From the NCBI GenBank assembly GCA_964016885.1, contig OZ024745.1, positions 5,456,001 to 5,520,000 of the forward strand: 64,000 nt of DNA, in the 5' to 3' direction. The DNA is from Eledone cirrhosa (lineage: Eukaryota). The position numbers were made by a program, and so were the translations under genes. Positions 24,340-39,300 of the stretch are shown here, piece by piece. The notes under the pieces were generated by a model, which searched no databases, was not told where the DNA came from, and saw only the letters and a program-made list of their open reading frames with translations. Position 1 is the stretch's first letter. Every line of letters begins with the position of its first letter.

Positions 24340-27300
24340 CTGACCGTGGTCATTGGAGCACTGGCTGCCTCCTGTGTCTCAAGATGTAGATACAACTGAC
24401 CGTGGTCATTGAAGCACTGGCTGCCTCCTGTATCTCAAGATGTAGATACAACTGACCATGGTCATTGGAGCACTGGCTGCCTCCTGTGTCTCAAGATCTA
24501 GATACAACTGACCATGGTCATTGGAGCACTGGCTGCCTCCTGTGTCTCAAGATGTAGATACAACTGACCATGGTCATTGGAGCACTGGCTGCCTCCTGTG
24601 TCTCAAGATGTAGATACAACTGACCGTGGTCATTGGAGCACTGGCTGCCTCCTGTGTCTCAAGACATAGATACAACTGACCGTGGTCATTGGAGCACTGG
24701 CTGCCTCCTGTGTCTAAAGACATAGATACAACTGACCGTGGTCATTGGAGCACTGGCTGCCTCCTGTGTCTCAAGATGTAGATACAACTGACCGTGGTCA
24801 TTGGAGCACTGGCTGCATCCTGTGTCTAAAGACATAGATACAACTGACCGTGGTCATTGGAGCACTGGCTGCCTCCTGTGTCTAAAGACATAGATACAAC
24901 TGACCGTGGTCATTGGAGCACTGGCTGCCTCCTGTGTCTCAAGATGTAGATACAACTGACCATGGTCATTGGAGCACTGGCTGGCCTCCTGTGTCTCAAG
25001 ATGTAGATACAACTGACCATGGTCATTGGAGCACTGGCTGCCTCATGTGTCTCAAGATGTAGATACAACTGACCATGGTCATTGGAGCACTGGCTGCCTC
25101 CTGTGTCTCAAGATGTAGATACAACTGACCGTGGTCATTGGAGCACTGGCTGCTTCCTGTGTCTCAAGATGTAGATACAACTGACCGTGGTCATTGGAGC
25201 ACTGGCTGCCTCCTGTGTCTCAAGATGTAGATACAACTGACCGTGGTCATTGGAGCACTGGCTGCCTCCTGTGTCTCAAGATGTAGATACAACTGACCAT
25301 GGTCATTGGAGCACTGGCTGCCTCCTGTGTCTCAAGATGTAGATACAACTGACCGTGGTCATTGGAGCACTGGCTGCCTCCTGTGTCTCAAGACGTAGAT
25401 ACAACTGACCGTGGTCATTGGAGGACTTGCTGCCTCCTGTGAGTCAAGATGTAGATACAACTGACCATGGTCATTGGAGCACTGGCTGCCTCCTGTGTCT
25501 CAAGACATAGATACAACTGACCATGGTCATTGGAGCACTGGCTGCCTCCTGTGTCTCAAGACATAGATACAACTGACCATGGTCATTGGAGCACTGGCTG
25601 CCTCCTGTGTCTCAAGACATAGATACAACTGACCATGGTCATTGGAACACTGGCTGCCTCCTGTGTCTCAAGACATAGATACAACTGACCATGGTCATTG
25701 GAGCACTGGCTGCCTCCTGTGTCTCAAGATGTAGATACAACTGACCATGGTCATTGGAGCACTGGCTGCCTCCTGTGTCTCAAGACGTAGATACAACTGA
25801 CCATGGTCATTGGAGCACTGGCTGCCTCCTGTGTCTCAAGACGTAGATACAACTGACCATGGTCATTGGAGCACTGGCTGCCTCCTGTGTCTCAAGACAT
25901 AGATACAACTGACCATGGTCATTGGAGCACTGGCTTCCTCCTGTGTCTCAAGACATAGATACAACTGACCATGGTCATTGGAGTACTGGCTTCCTCCTGT
26001 GTCTCAATATGTAGATACAACTGACCGTGGTCATTGGAGCACTGGCTGCCTCCTGTGTCTCAAGATGTAGATACAACTGACCGTGGTCATTGGAGCACTG
26101 GCTGCCTCCTGTGTCTCAAGACAAAGATACAACTGACCATGGTCATTGGAGCACTGGCTGCCTCCTGTGTCTCAAGACATAGATACAACTGACCATGGTC
26201 ATTGGAGCACTGGCTGCCTCCTGTGTCTCAAGACATAGATACAACTGACCATGGTCATTGGAGCACTGGCTGCCTCCTGTGTCTCAAGACAAAGATACAA
26301 CTGACCATGGTCATTGGAGCACTGGCCGCCTCCTGTGTCTCAAGACATAGATACAACTGACCATGGTCATTGGAGCACTGGCTGCCTCCTGTGTCTCAAG
26401 ACAAAGATACAACTGACCATGGTCATTGGAGCACTGGCTGCCTCCTGTGTCTCAAGACATAGATACAACTGACCAAGGTCATTGGAGCACTGGCTGCCTC
26501 CTGTGTCTCAAGACATAGATACAACTGACCATGGTCATTGGAGCACTGGCTGCCTCCTGTGTCTCAAGACATAGATACAACTGACCATGGTCATTGGAGC
26601 ACTGGCTGCCTCCTGTGTCTCAAGACAAAGATACAACTGACCATGGTCATTGGAGCACTGGCTGCCTCCTGTGTCTCAAGACATAGATACAACTGACCAA
26701 GGTCATTGGAGCACTGGCTGCCTCCTGTGTCTCAAGACAAAGATACAACTGACCATGGTCATTGGAGCACTGGCTGCCTCCTGTGTCTCAAGACATAGAT
26801 ACAACTGACCATGGTCATTGGAGCACTGGCTGCCTCCTGTGTCTCAAGACATAGATACAACTGACCGTGGTCATTGGAGCACTGGCTGCCTCCTGTGTCT
26901 CAAGACATAGATACAACTGACCATGGTATTTGGAGCACTGGCTGCCTCCTGTGTCTCAAGATGGAGATACCACGGACCGTGGTCATTGGAGCACTGGCTG
27001 CCTCCTGTGTCTCAAGATGTAGATACAACTGACCATGGTCATTGGAGCACTGGCTGCCTCTTGTGTCTCAAGATGTAGATACAACTGATCGTGGTCATTG
27101 GAGCACTGGCTGCCTCCTGTGTCTCAAGATGTAGATACAACTGACCATGGTCATTGGAGCACTGGCTGCCTCTTGTGTCTCAAGATGTAGATACAACTGA
27201 CCATGGTCATTGGAGCACTGGCTGCCTCTTGTGTCTCAAGATGTAGATACAACTGACCATGGTCATTGGAGCACTGGCTGCCTCCTGTGAGTCAAGATGT

Positions 27301-30300
27301 AGATACAACTGACCATGGTCATTGGAGCACTGGCTGCCTCCTGTATCTCAAGATGTAGATACAACTGACCATGGTCATTGGAGCACTGGCTGCCTCCTGT
27401 GTCTCAAGATGGAGATACCACGGACCGTGGTCATTGGAGCACTGGCTGCCTCCTGTGTCTCAAGACGTAGATACAACTGACCATGGTCATTGGAGCACTG
27501 GCTGCCTCCTGTGTCTCAAGACGTAGATACAACTGACCATGGTCATTGGAGCACTGGCTGCCTCCTGTGTCTCAAGACGTAGATACAACTGACCATGGTC
27601 ATTGGAGCACTGGCTGCCTCCTGTGTCTCAAGACGTAGATACAACTGACCGTGGTCATTGGAGCACTGGCTGCCTCCTGTGTCTCAAGACGTAGATACAA
27701 CTGACCATGGTCATTGGAGCACTGGCTGCCTCCTGTGTCTCAAGACGTAGATACAACTGACCATGGTCATTGGAGCACTGGCTGCCTCCTGTGTCTCAAG
27801 ACGTAGATACAACTGTCCATGGTCATTGGAGCACTGGCTGCCTCCTGTGTCTCAAGACATAGATACAACTGACCATGGTCATTGGAGCACTGGCTGCCTC
27901 CTGTGTCTCAAGATGTAGATACAACTGACCGTGGTCATTGGAGCACTGGCTGCCTCCTGTGTCTCAAGATGTAGATACAACTGATCGTGGTCATTGGAGC
28001 ACTGGCTGCCTCCTGTGTCTCAAGATGTAGATACAACTGACCGTGGTCATTGGAGCACTGGCTGCCTCCTGTGTCTCAAGATGTAGATACAACTGACCGT
28101 GGTCATTGGAGCATTGGCTGCCTCCTGTGTCTCAAGATGTAGATACAACTGACCGTGGTCATTGGAGCATTGGCTGCCTCCTGTGTCTCAAGATATAGAT
28201 ACAACTGACCGTGGTCATTGGGGCACTGGCTGCCTCCTGTATCTCAAGATCTAGATACAACTGACCGTGGTCATTGGAGCACTGGCTGCCTCCTGTGTTT
28301 CAAGACGTAGATACAACTGAACATGGTCATTGGAGCACTGGCTGCCTCCTGTGTCTCAAGACGTAGATACAACTGACCATGGTCATTGGAGCACTGGCTG
28401 CCTCCTGTGTCTCAAGATGTAGATACAACTGACCGTGGTCATTGGAGCACTGGCTGCCGCTTGTGTCTCAAGATGGAGATACCACGGACCGTGGTCATTG
28501 GAGCACTGGCTGCCTCCTGTGTCTCAAGATGTAGATACAACTGATCGTGGTCATTGGAGCACTGGCTGCCTCCTGTGTCTCAAGATGTAGATACAACTGA
28601 TCGTGGTCATTGGAGCACTGGCTGCCTCCTGTGTCTCAAGATGTAGATACAACTGATCGTGGTCATTGGAGCACTGGCTGCCTCCTGTGTCTCAAGACAT
28701 AGATACCACGGACCATGGTCATTGGAGCACTGGCTGCCTCCTGTGTCTCAAGATGTAGATACAACTGACCATGGTCATTGGAGCACTGGCTGCCTCCTGT
28801 GTCTCAAGACGTAGATACAACTGACCATGGTCATTGGAGCACTGGCTGCCTCCTGTGTCTCAAGATGTAGATACAACTGACCATGGTCATTGGAGCACTG
28901 GCTGCCTCCTGTGTCTCAAGATGTAGATACCACGGACCGTGGTCATTGGAGCACTGGCTGCCTCCTGTGTCTCAAGACGTAGATACAACTGACCATGGTC
29001 ATTGGAGCACTGGCTGCCTCCTGTGTCTCAAGATGTAGATACAACTGATCGTGGTCATTGGAGCACTGGCTGCCTCCTGTGTCTCAAGATGTAGATACAA
29101 CTGATCGTGGTCATTGGAGCACTGGCTGCCTCCTGTGTCTCAAGATGTAGATACAACTGATCGTGGTCATTGGAGCACTGGCTGCCTCCTGTGTCTCAAG
29201 ACGTAGATACAACTGACCATGGTCATTGGAGCACTGGCTGCCTCCTGTGTCTCAAGACGTAGATACAACTGACCATGGTCATTGGAGCACTGGCTGCCTC
29301 CTGTGTCTCAAGATGTAGATACAACTGACCGTGGTCATTGGAGCACTGGCTGCCTCCTGTGTCTCGAGATGTAGATACAACTGTTCGTGGTCATTGGAGC
29401 ACTGGCTGCCTCCTGTGTCTCAAGATGTAGATACAACTGATCGTGGTCATTGGAGCACTGGCTGCCTCCTGTGTCTCAAGATGTAGATACAACTGATCGT
29501 GGTCATTGGAGCACTGGCTGCCTCCTGTGTCTCAAGATGTAGATACAACTGATCATGGTCATTGGAGCACTGGCTGCCTCCTGTGAGTCAAGATGTAGAT
29601 ACAACTGACCGTGGTCATTGGAGCACAGGCTGCCTCCTGTGTCTCAAGACGTAGATACAACTGACCATGGTCATTGGAGCACTGGCTGCCTCCTGTGTCT
29701 CAAGACGTAGATACAACTGACCATGGTCATTGGAGCACTGGCTGCCTCCTGTGTCTCAAGACGTAGATACAACTGACCATGGTCATTCGAGCACTGGCTG
29801 CCTCCTGTGTCTCAAGACGTAGATACAACTGACCATGGTCATTGGAGCACTGGCTGCCTCCTGTGTCTCAAGACATAGATACAACTGACCATGGTCATTG
29901 GAGCACTGGCTGCCTCCTGTGTCTCAAGACATAGATACAACTGACCATGGTCATTGGAGCACTGGCTGCCTCCTGTGTCTCAAGACATAGATACAACTGA
30001 CCATGGTCATTGGAACACTGGCTGCCTCCTGTGTCTCAAGACATAGATACAACTGACCATGGTCATTGGAGCACTGGCTGCCTCCTGTGTCTCAAGATGT
30101 AGATACAACTGACCATGGTCATTGGAGCACTGGCTGCCTCCTGTGTCTCAAGACGTAGATACAACTGACCATGGTCATTGGAGCACTGGCTGCCTCCTGT
30201 GTCTCAAGACATAGATACAACTGACCATGGTCATTGGAGCACTGGCTTCCTCCTGTGTCTCAAGACATAGATACAACTGACCATGGTCATTGGAGTACTG

Positions 30301-33300
30301 GCTTCCTCCTGTGTCTCAATATGTAGATACAACTGACCGTGGTCATTGGAGCACTGGCTGCCTCCTGTGTCTCAAGATGTAGATACAACTGACCGTGGTC
30401 ATTGGAGCACTGGCTGCCTCCTGTGTCTCAAGACAAAGATACAACTGACCATGGTCATTGGAGCACTGGCTGCCTCCTGTGTCTCAAGACATAGATACAA
30501 CTGACCATGGTCATTGGAGCACTGGCTGCCTCCTGTGTCTCAAGACATAGATACAACTGACCATGGTCATTGGAGCACTGGCTGCCTCCTGTGTCTCAAG
30601 ACAAAGATACAACTGACCATGGTCATTGGAGCACTGGCCGCCTCCTGTGTCTCAAGACATAGATACAACTGACCATGGTCATTGGAGCACTGGCTGCCTC
30701 CTGTGTCTCAAGACAACGATACAACTGACCATGGTCATTGGAGCACTGGCTACCTCCTGTGTCTCAAGACATAGATACAACTGACCATGGTCATTGGAGC
30801 ACTGGCTGCCTCCTGTGTCTCAAGACATAGATACAACTGACCATGGTCATTGGAGCACTGGCTGCCTCCTGTGTCTCAAGACAAAGATACAACTGACCAT
30901 GGTCATTGGAGCACTGGCTGCCTCCTGTGTCTCAAGACATAGATACAACTGACCAAGGTCATTGGAGCACTGGCTGCCTCCTGTGTCTCAAGACATAGAT
31001 ACAACTGACCATGGTCATTGGAGCACTGGCTGCCTCCTGTGTCTCAAGACATAGATACAACTGACCATGGTCATTGGAGCACTGGCTGCCTCCTGTGTCT
31101 CAAGACAAAGATACAACTGACCATGGTCATTGGAGCACTGGCTGCCTCCTGTGTCTCAAGACATAGATACAACTGACCATGGTCATTGGAGCACTGGCTG
31201 CCTCCTGTGTCTCAAGACATAGATACAACTGACCATGGTCATTGGAGCACTGGCTGCCTCCTGTGTCTCAAGACATAGATACAACTGACCATGGTCATTG
31301 GAGCACTGGCTGCCTCCTGTGTCTCAAGACAAAGATACAACTGACCATGGTCATTGGAGCACTGGCTGCCTCCTGTGTCTCAAGACATAGATACAACTGA
31401 CCATGGTCATTGGAGCACTGGCTGCCTCCTGTGTCTCAAGACATAGATACAACTGACCATGGTCATTGGAGCACTGGCTGCCTCCTGTGTCTCAAGACAT
31501 AGATACAACTGACCATGGTCATTGGAGCACTGGCTGCCTCCTGTGTCTCAAGACATAGATACAACTGACCAAGGTCATTGGAGCACTGGCTGCCTCCTGT
31601 GTCTCAAGACAAAGATACAACTGACCATGGTCATTGGAGCACTGGCTGCCTCCTGTGTCTCAAGACATAAATACAACTGACCATGGTCATTGGAGCACTG
31701 GCTGCCTCCTGTGTCTCAAGACATAGATACAACTGACCGTGGTCATTGGAGCACTGGCTGCCTCCTGTGTCTCAAGACATAGATACAACTGACCATGGTA
31801 TTTGGAGCACTGGCTGCCTCCTGTGTCTCAAGATGGAGATACCACGGACCGTGGTCATTGGAGCACTGGCTGCCTCCTGTGTCTCAAGATGTAGATACAA
31901 CTGACCATGGTCATTGGAGCACTGGCTGCCTCTTGTGTCTCAAGATGTAGATACAACTGATCGTGGTCATTGGAGCACTGGCTGCCTCCTGTGTCTCAAG
32001 ATGTAGATACAACTGACCATGGTCATTGGAGCACTGGCTGCCTCTTGTGTCTCAAGATGTAGATACAACTGACCATGGTCATTGGAGCACTGGCTGCCTC
32101 TTGTGTCTCAAGATGTAGATACAACTGACCATGGTCATTGGAGCACTGGCTGCCTCCTGTGAGTCAAGATGTAGATACAACTGACCATGGTCATTGGAGC
32201 ACTGGCTGCCTCCTGTATCTCAAGATGTAGATACAACTGACCATGGTCATTGGAGCACTGGCTGCCTCCTGTGTCTCAAGATGGAGATACCACGGACCGT
32301 GGTCATTGGAGCACTGGCTGCCTCCTGTGTCTCAAGACGTAGATACAACTGACCATGGTCATTGGAGCACTGGCTGCCTCCTGTGTCTCAAGACGTAGAT
32401 ACAACTGACCATGGTCATTGGAGCACTGGCTGCCTCCTGTGTCTCAAGACGTAGATACAACTGACCATGGTCATTGGAGCACTGGCTGCCTCCTGTGTCT
32501 CAAGACGTAGATACAACTGACCGTGGTCATTGGAGCACTGGCTGCCTCCTGTGTCTCAAGACGTAGATACAACTGACCATGGTCATTGGAGCACTGGCTG
32601 CCTCCTGTGTCTCAAGACGTAGATACAACTGACCATGGTCATTGGAGCACTGGCTGCCTCCTGTGTCTCAAGACGTAGATACAACTGTCCATGGTCATTG
32701 GAGCACTGGCTGCCTCCTGTGTCTCAAGACATAGATACAACTGACCATGGTCATTGGAGCACTGGCTGCCTCCTGTGTCTCAAGATGTAGATACAACTGA
32801 CCGTGGTCATTGGAGCACTGGCTGCCTCCTGTGTCTCAAGATGTAGATACAACTGATCGTGGTCATTGGAGCACTGGCTGCCTCCTGTGTCTCAAGATGT
32901 AGATACAACTGACCGTGGTCATTGGAGCATTGGCTGCCTCCTGTGTCTCAAGATGTAGATACAACTGACCGTGGTCATTGGAGCATTGGCTGCCTCCTGT
33001 GTCTCAAGATGTAGATACAACTGACCGTGGTCATTGGGGCACTGGCTGCCTCCTGTATCTCAAGATCTAGATACAACTGACCGTGGTCATTGGAGCACTG
33101 GCTGCCTCCTGTGTCTCAAGACGTAGATACAACTGAACATGGTCATTGGAGCACTGGCTGCCTCCTGTGTCTCAAGACGTAGATACAACTGACCATGGTC
33201 ATTGGAGCACTGGCTGCCTCCTGTGTCTCAAGACGTAGATACAACTGACCATGGTCATTGGAGCACTGGCTGCCTCCTGTGTCTCAAGATGTAGATACAA

Positions 33301-36300
33301 CTGACCGTGGTCATTGGAGCACTGGCTGCCTCCTGTGTCTCAAGATGTAGATACAACTGATCGTGGTCATTGGGGCACTGGCTGCCTCCTGTGTCTCAAG
33401 ATGTAGATACAACTGATCGTGGTCATTGGAGCACTGGCTGCCTCCTGTGTCTCAAGATGTAGATACAACTGATCGTGGTCATTGGAGCACTGGCTGCCTC
33501 CTGTGTCTCAAGACATAGATACCACGGAGCATGGTCATTGGAGCACTGGCTGCCTCCTGTGTCTCAAGATGTAGATACAACTGACCATGGTCATTGGAGC
33601 ACTGGCTGCCTCCTGTGTCTCAAGACGTAGATACAACTGACCATGGTCATTGGAGCACTGGCTGCCTCCTGTGTCTCAAGATGTAGATACAACTGACCAT
33701 GGTCATTGGAGCACTGGCTGCCTCCTGTGTCTCAAGATGTAGATACCACGGACCGTGGTCATTGGAGCACTGGCTGCCTCCTGTGTCTCAAGACGTAGAT
33801 ACAACTGACCATGGTCATTGGAGCACTGGCTGCCTCCTGTGTCTCAAGATGTAGATACAACTGATCGTGGTCATTGGAGCACTGGCTGCCTCCTGTGTCT
33901 CAAGATGTAGATACAACTGATCGTGGTCATTGGAGCACTGGCTGCCTCCTGTGTCTCAAGATGTAGATACAACTGATCGTGGTCATTGGAGCACTGGCTG
34001 CCTCCTGTGTCTCAAGACGTAGATACAACTGACCATGGTCATTGGAGCACTGGCTGCCTCCTGTGTCTCAAGACGTAGATACAACTGACCATGGTCATTG
34101 GAGCACTGGCTGCCTCCTGTGTCTCAAGATGTAGATACAACTGACCGTGGTCATTGGAGCACTGGCTGCCTCCTGTGTCTCAAGATGTAGATACAACTGA
34201 TCGTGGTCATTGGAGCACTGGCTGCCTCCTGTGTCTCAAGATGTAGATACAACTGATCGTGGTCATTGGAGCACTGGCTGCCTCCTGTGTCTCAAGATGT
34301 AGATACAACTGATCGTGGTCATTGGAGCACTGGCTGCCTCCTGTGTCTCAAGATGTAGATACAACTGATCATGGTCATTGGAGCACTGGCTGCCTCCTGT
34401 GTCTCAAGATGTAGATACCACGGACCGTGGTCATTGGAGCACTGGCTGCCTCCTGTGTCTCAAGACGTAGATACAACTGACCATGGTCATTGGAGCACTG
34501 GCTGCCTCCTGTGTCTCAAGATGTAGATACAACTGATCGTGGTCATTGGAGCACTGGCTGCCTCCTGTGTCTCAAGATGTAGATACAACTGATCGTGGTC
34601 ATTGGAGCACTGGCTGCCTCCTGTGTCTCAAGATGTAGATACAACTGATCGTGGTCATTGGAGCACTGGCTGCCTCCTGTGTCTCAAGACGTAGATACAA
34701 CTGACCATGGTCATTGGAGCACTGGCTGCCTCCTGTGTCTCAAGACGTAGATACAACTGACCATGGTCATTGGAGCACTGGCTGCCTCCTGTGTCTCAAG
34801 ATGTAGATACAACTGACCGTGGTCATTGGAGCACTGGCTGCCTCCTGTGTCTCAAGATGTAGATACAACTGATCGTGGTCATTGGAGCACTGGCTGCCTC
34901 CTGTGTCTCAAGATGTAGATACAACTGATCGTGGTCATTGGAGCACTGGCTGCCTCCTGTGTCTCAAGATGTAGATACAACTGATCGTGGTCATTGGAGC
35001 ACTGGCTGCCTCCTGTGTCTCAAGATGTAGATACAACTGATCATGGTCATTGGAGCACTGGCTGCCTCCTGTGAGTCAAGATGTAGATACAACTGACCGT
35101 GGTCATTGGAGCACAGGCTGCCTCCTGTGTCTCAAGACGTAGATACAACTGACCATGGTCATTGGAGCACTGGCTGCCTCCTGTGTCTCAAGACGTAGAT
35201 ACAACTGACCATGGTCATTGGAGCACTGGCTGCCTCCTGTGTCTCAAGACGTAGATACAACTGACCATGGTCATTGGAGCACTGGCTGCCTCCTGTGTCT
35301 CAAGACGTAGATACAACTGACCATGGTCATTGGAGCACTGGCTGCCTCCTGTGTCTCAAGATGTAGATACAACTGACCGTGGTCATTGGAGCACTGGCTG
35401 CCTCCTGTGTCTCAAGATGTAGATACAACTGACCATGGTCATTGGAGCACTGGCTGCCTCCTGTGTCTCAAGATGTAGATACAACTGACCGTGGTCATTG
35501 GAGCATTGGCTGCCTCCTGTGTCTCAAGATGTAGATACAACTGACCGTGGTCATTGGAGCATTGGCTGCCTCCTGTGTCTCAAGATGTAGATACAACTGA
35601 CCGTGTTCATTGGGGCACTGGCTGCCTCCTGTATCTCAAGATCTAGATACAACTGACCGTGGTCATTGGAGCACTGGCTGCCTCCTGTGTCTCAAGACGT
35701 AGATACAACTGAACATGGTCATTGGAGCACTGGCTGCCTCCTGTGTCTCAAGACGTAGATACAACTGACCATGGTCATTGGAGCACTGGCTGCCTCCTGT
35801 GTCTCAAGACGTAGATACAACTGACCATGGTCATTGGAGCACTGGCTGCCTCCTGTGTCTCAAGATGTAGATACAACTGACCGTGGTCATTGGAGCACTG
35901 GCTGCCTCCTGTGTCTCAAGATGTAGATACAACTGATCGTGGTCATTGGAGCACTGGCTGCCTCCTGTGTCTCAAGATGTAGATACAACTGATCGTGGTC
36001 ATTGGAGCACTGGCTGCCTCCTGTGTCTCAAGATGTAGATACAACTGATCGTGGTCATTGGAGCACTGGCTGCCTCCTGTGTCTCAAGATGTAGATACAA
36101 CTGATCGTGGTCATTGGAGCACTGGCTGCCTCCTGTGAGTCAAGATGTAGATACAACTGACCATGGTCATTGGAGCACTGGCTGCCTCCTGTGTCTCAAG
36201 ATGTAGATACAACTGACCGTGGTCATTGGAGCACTGGCTGCCTCCTGTGTCTCAAGATGTAGATACAACTGACCATGGTCATTGGAGCACTGGCTGCCTC

Positions 36301-39300
36301 CTGTGTCTCAAGATGTAGATACAACTGACCGTGGTCATTGGAGCATTGGCTGCCTCCTGTGTCTCAAGATGTAGATACAACTGACCGTGGTCATTGGAGC
36401 ATTGGCTGCCTCCTGTGTCTCAAGATGTAGATACAACTGACCGTGGTCATTGGGGCACTGGCTGCCTCCTGTATCTCAAGATCTAGATACAACTGACCGT
36501 GGTCATTGGAGCACTGGCTGCCTCCTGTGTCTCAAGACATAGATACAACTGACCATGGTCATTGGAGCACTGGCTGCCTCCTGTGTCTCAAGATGTAGAT
36601 ACAACTGACCGTGGTCATTGGAGCACTGGCTGCCTCCTGTGTCTCAAGATGTAGATACAACTGACCATGGTCATTGGAGCACTGGCTGCCTCCTGTGTCT
36701 CAAGATGTAGATACAACTGACCGTGGTCATTGGAGCACTGGCTGCCTCCTGTGTCTCAAGACGTAGATACAACTGACCATGGTCATTGGAGCACTGGCTG
36801 CCTCCTGTGTCTCAAGACGTAGATACAACTGACCATGGTCATTGGAGCACTGGCTGCCTCCTGTGTCTCAAGATGTAGATACAACTGACCGTGGTCATTG
36901 GAGCACTGGCTGCCTCCTGTGTCTCAAGACGTAGATACAACTGACCATGGTCATTGGAGCACTGGCTGCCTCCTGTGTCTCAAGATGTAGATACAACTGA
37001 CCATGGTCATTGGAGCACTGGCTGCCTCCTGTGTCTCAAGATGTAGATACAACTGACCATGGTCATTGGAGCACTGGCTGCCTCCTGTGTCTCAAGATGT
37101 AGATACAACTGACCATGGTCATTGGAGCACTGGCTGCCTCCTGTGTCTCAAGACATAGATACCACGGACCATGGTCATTGGAGCACTGGCTGCCTCCTGT
37201 GTCTCAAGATGTAGATACAACTGACCATGGTCATTGGAGCACTGGCTGCCTCCTGTGTCTCAAGACGTAGATACAACTGACCATGGTCATTGGAGCACTG
37301 GCTGCCTCCTGTGTCTCAAGATGTAGATACAACTGACCATGGTCATTGGAGCACTGGCTGCCTCCTGTGTCTCAAGATGTAGATACCACGGACCGTGGTC
37401 ATTGGAGCACTGGCTGCCTCCTGTGTCTCAAGACGTAGATACAACTGACCATGGTCATTGGAGCACTGGCTGCCTCCTGTGTCTCAAGATGTAGATACAA
37501 CTGACCGTGGTCATTGGAGCACTGGCTGCCTCCTGTGTCTCAAGATGTAGATACAACTGACCATGGTCATTGGAGCACTGGCTGCCTCCTGTGTCTCAAG
37601 ATGTAGATACAACTGACCATGGTCATTGGAGCACTGGCTGCCTCCTGTGTCTCAAGATGTAGATACAACTGACCATGGTCATTGGAGCACTGGCTGCCTC
37701 CTGTGTCTCAAGACGTAGATACAACTGACCATGGTCATTGGAGCACTGGCTGCCTCCTGTGTCTCAAGATGTAGATACAACTGACCATGGTCATTGGAGC
37801 ACTGGCTGCCTCCTGTGTCTCAAGATGTAGATACAACTGACCGTGGTCATTGGAGCACTGGCTGCCTCCTGTGTCTCAAGATGTAGATACAACTGACCAT
37901 GGTCATTGGAGCACTGGCTGCCTCCTGTGTCTCAAGATGTAGATACAACTGACCATGGTCATTGGGGAACTGGCTGCCTCCTGTGTCTCAAGATGTAGAT
38001 ACAACTGACCATGGTCATTGGAGCACTGGCTGCCTCCTGTGTCTCAAGATGTAGATACAACTGACCATGGTCATTGGAGCACTGGCTGCCTCCTGTGTCT
38101 CAAGATGTAGATACAACTGACCATGGTCATTGGAGCACTGGCTGCCTCCTGTGTCTCAAGATGGAGATACCACGGACCGTGGTCATTGGAGCACTGGCTG
38201 CCTCCTGTGTCTCAAGATGTAGATACAACTGACCGTGGTCATTGGAGCACTGGCTGCCTCCTGTGTCTCAAGATGTAGATACAACTGACCATGGTCATTG
38301 GAGCACTGGCTGCCTCCTGTGTCTCAAGATGTAGATACAACTGACCATGGTCATTGGGGAACTGGCTGCCTCCTGTGTCTCAAGATGTAGATACAACTGA
38401 CCATGGTCATTGGAGCACTGGCTGCCTCCTCTGTCTCAAGATGTAGATACAACTGACCATGGTCATTGGAACACTGGCTGCCTCCTGTGTCTCAAGATGT
38501 AGATACAACTGACCATGGTCATTGGGGCACTGGCTGCCTCCTGTCTCTCAAGACATAGATACAACTGACCATGGTCATTGGAGCACTGGCTGCCTCCTGT
38601 GTCTCAAGATGTAGATACAACTGACCATGGTCATTGGAGCACTGGCTGCCTCCTGTGTCTCAAGATGTAGATACAACTGACCATGGTCATTGGAGCACTG
38701 GCTGCCTCCTGTGTCTCAAGATGTAGATACAACTGACCATGGTCATTGGAGCACTGGCTGCCTCCTGTGTCTCAAGATGTAGATACAACTGACCATGGTC
38801 ATTGGGGCACTGGCTGCCTCCTGTGTCTCAAGACGTAGATACAACTGACCATGGTCATTGGAGCACTGGCTGCCTCCTGTGTCTCAAGATGTAGATACAA
38901 CTGACCATGGTCATTGGGGAACTGGCTGCCTCCTGTGTCTCAAGATGTAGATACAACTGACCATGGTCATTGGAGCACTGGCTGCCTCCTGTGTCTCAAG
39001 ATGTAGATACAACTGACCATGGTCATTGGAGCACTGGCTGCCTCCTGTGTCTCAAGATGTAGATACAACTGACCATGGTCATTGGAGCACTGGCTGCCTC
39101 CTGTGTATCAAGATGTAGATACAACTGACCATGGTCATTGGAGCACTGGCTGCCTCCTGTGTCTCAAGATGTAGATACAACTGACCATGGTCATTGGAGC
39201 ACTGGCTGCCTCCTGTGTCTCAAGTTGTAGATACAACTGACCATAGTCATTGGAGCACTGGCTGCATCCTGTGTCTCAAGACATAGATACAACTGACCAT

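Noticed and set aside
24340-24400. Hammerhead ribozyme in the satellite monomer
   Set aside because: The CTGANGA and GAAA core motifs are not present in any monomer type examined.
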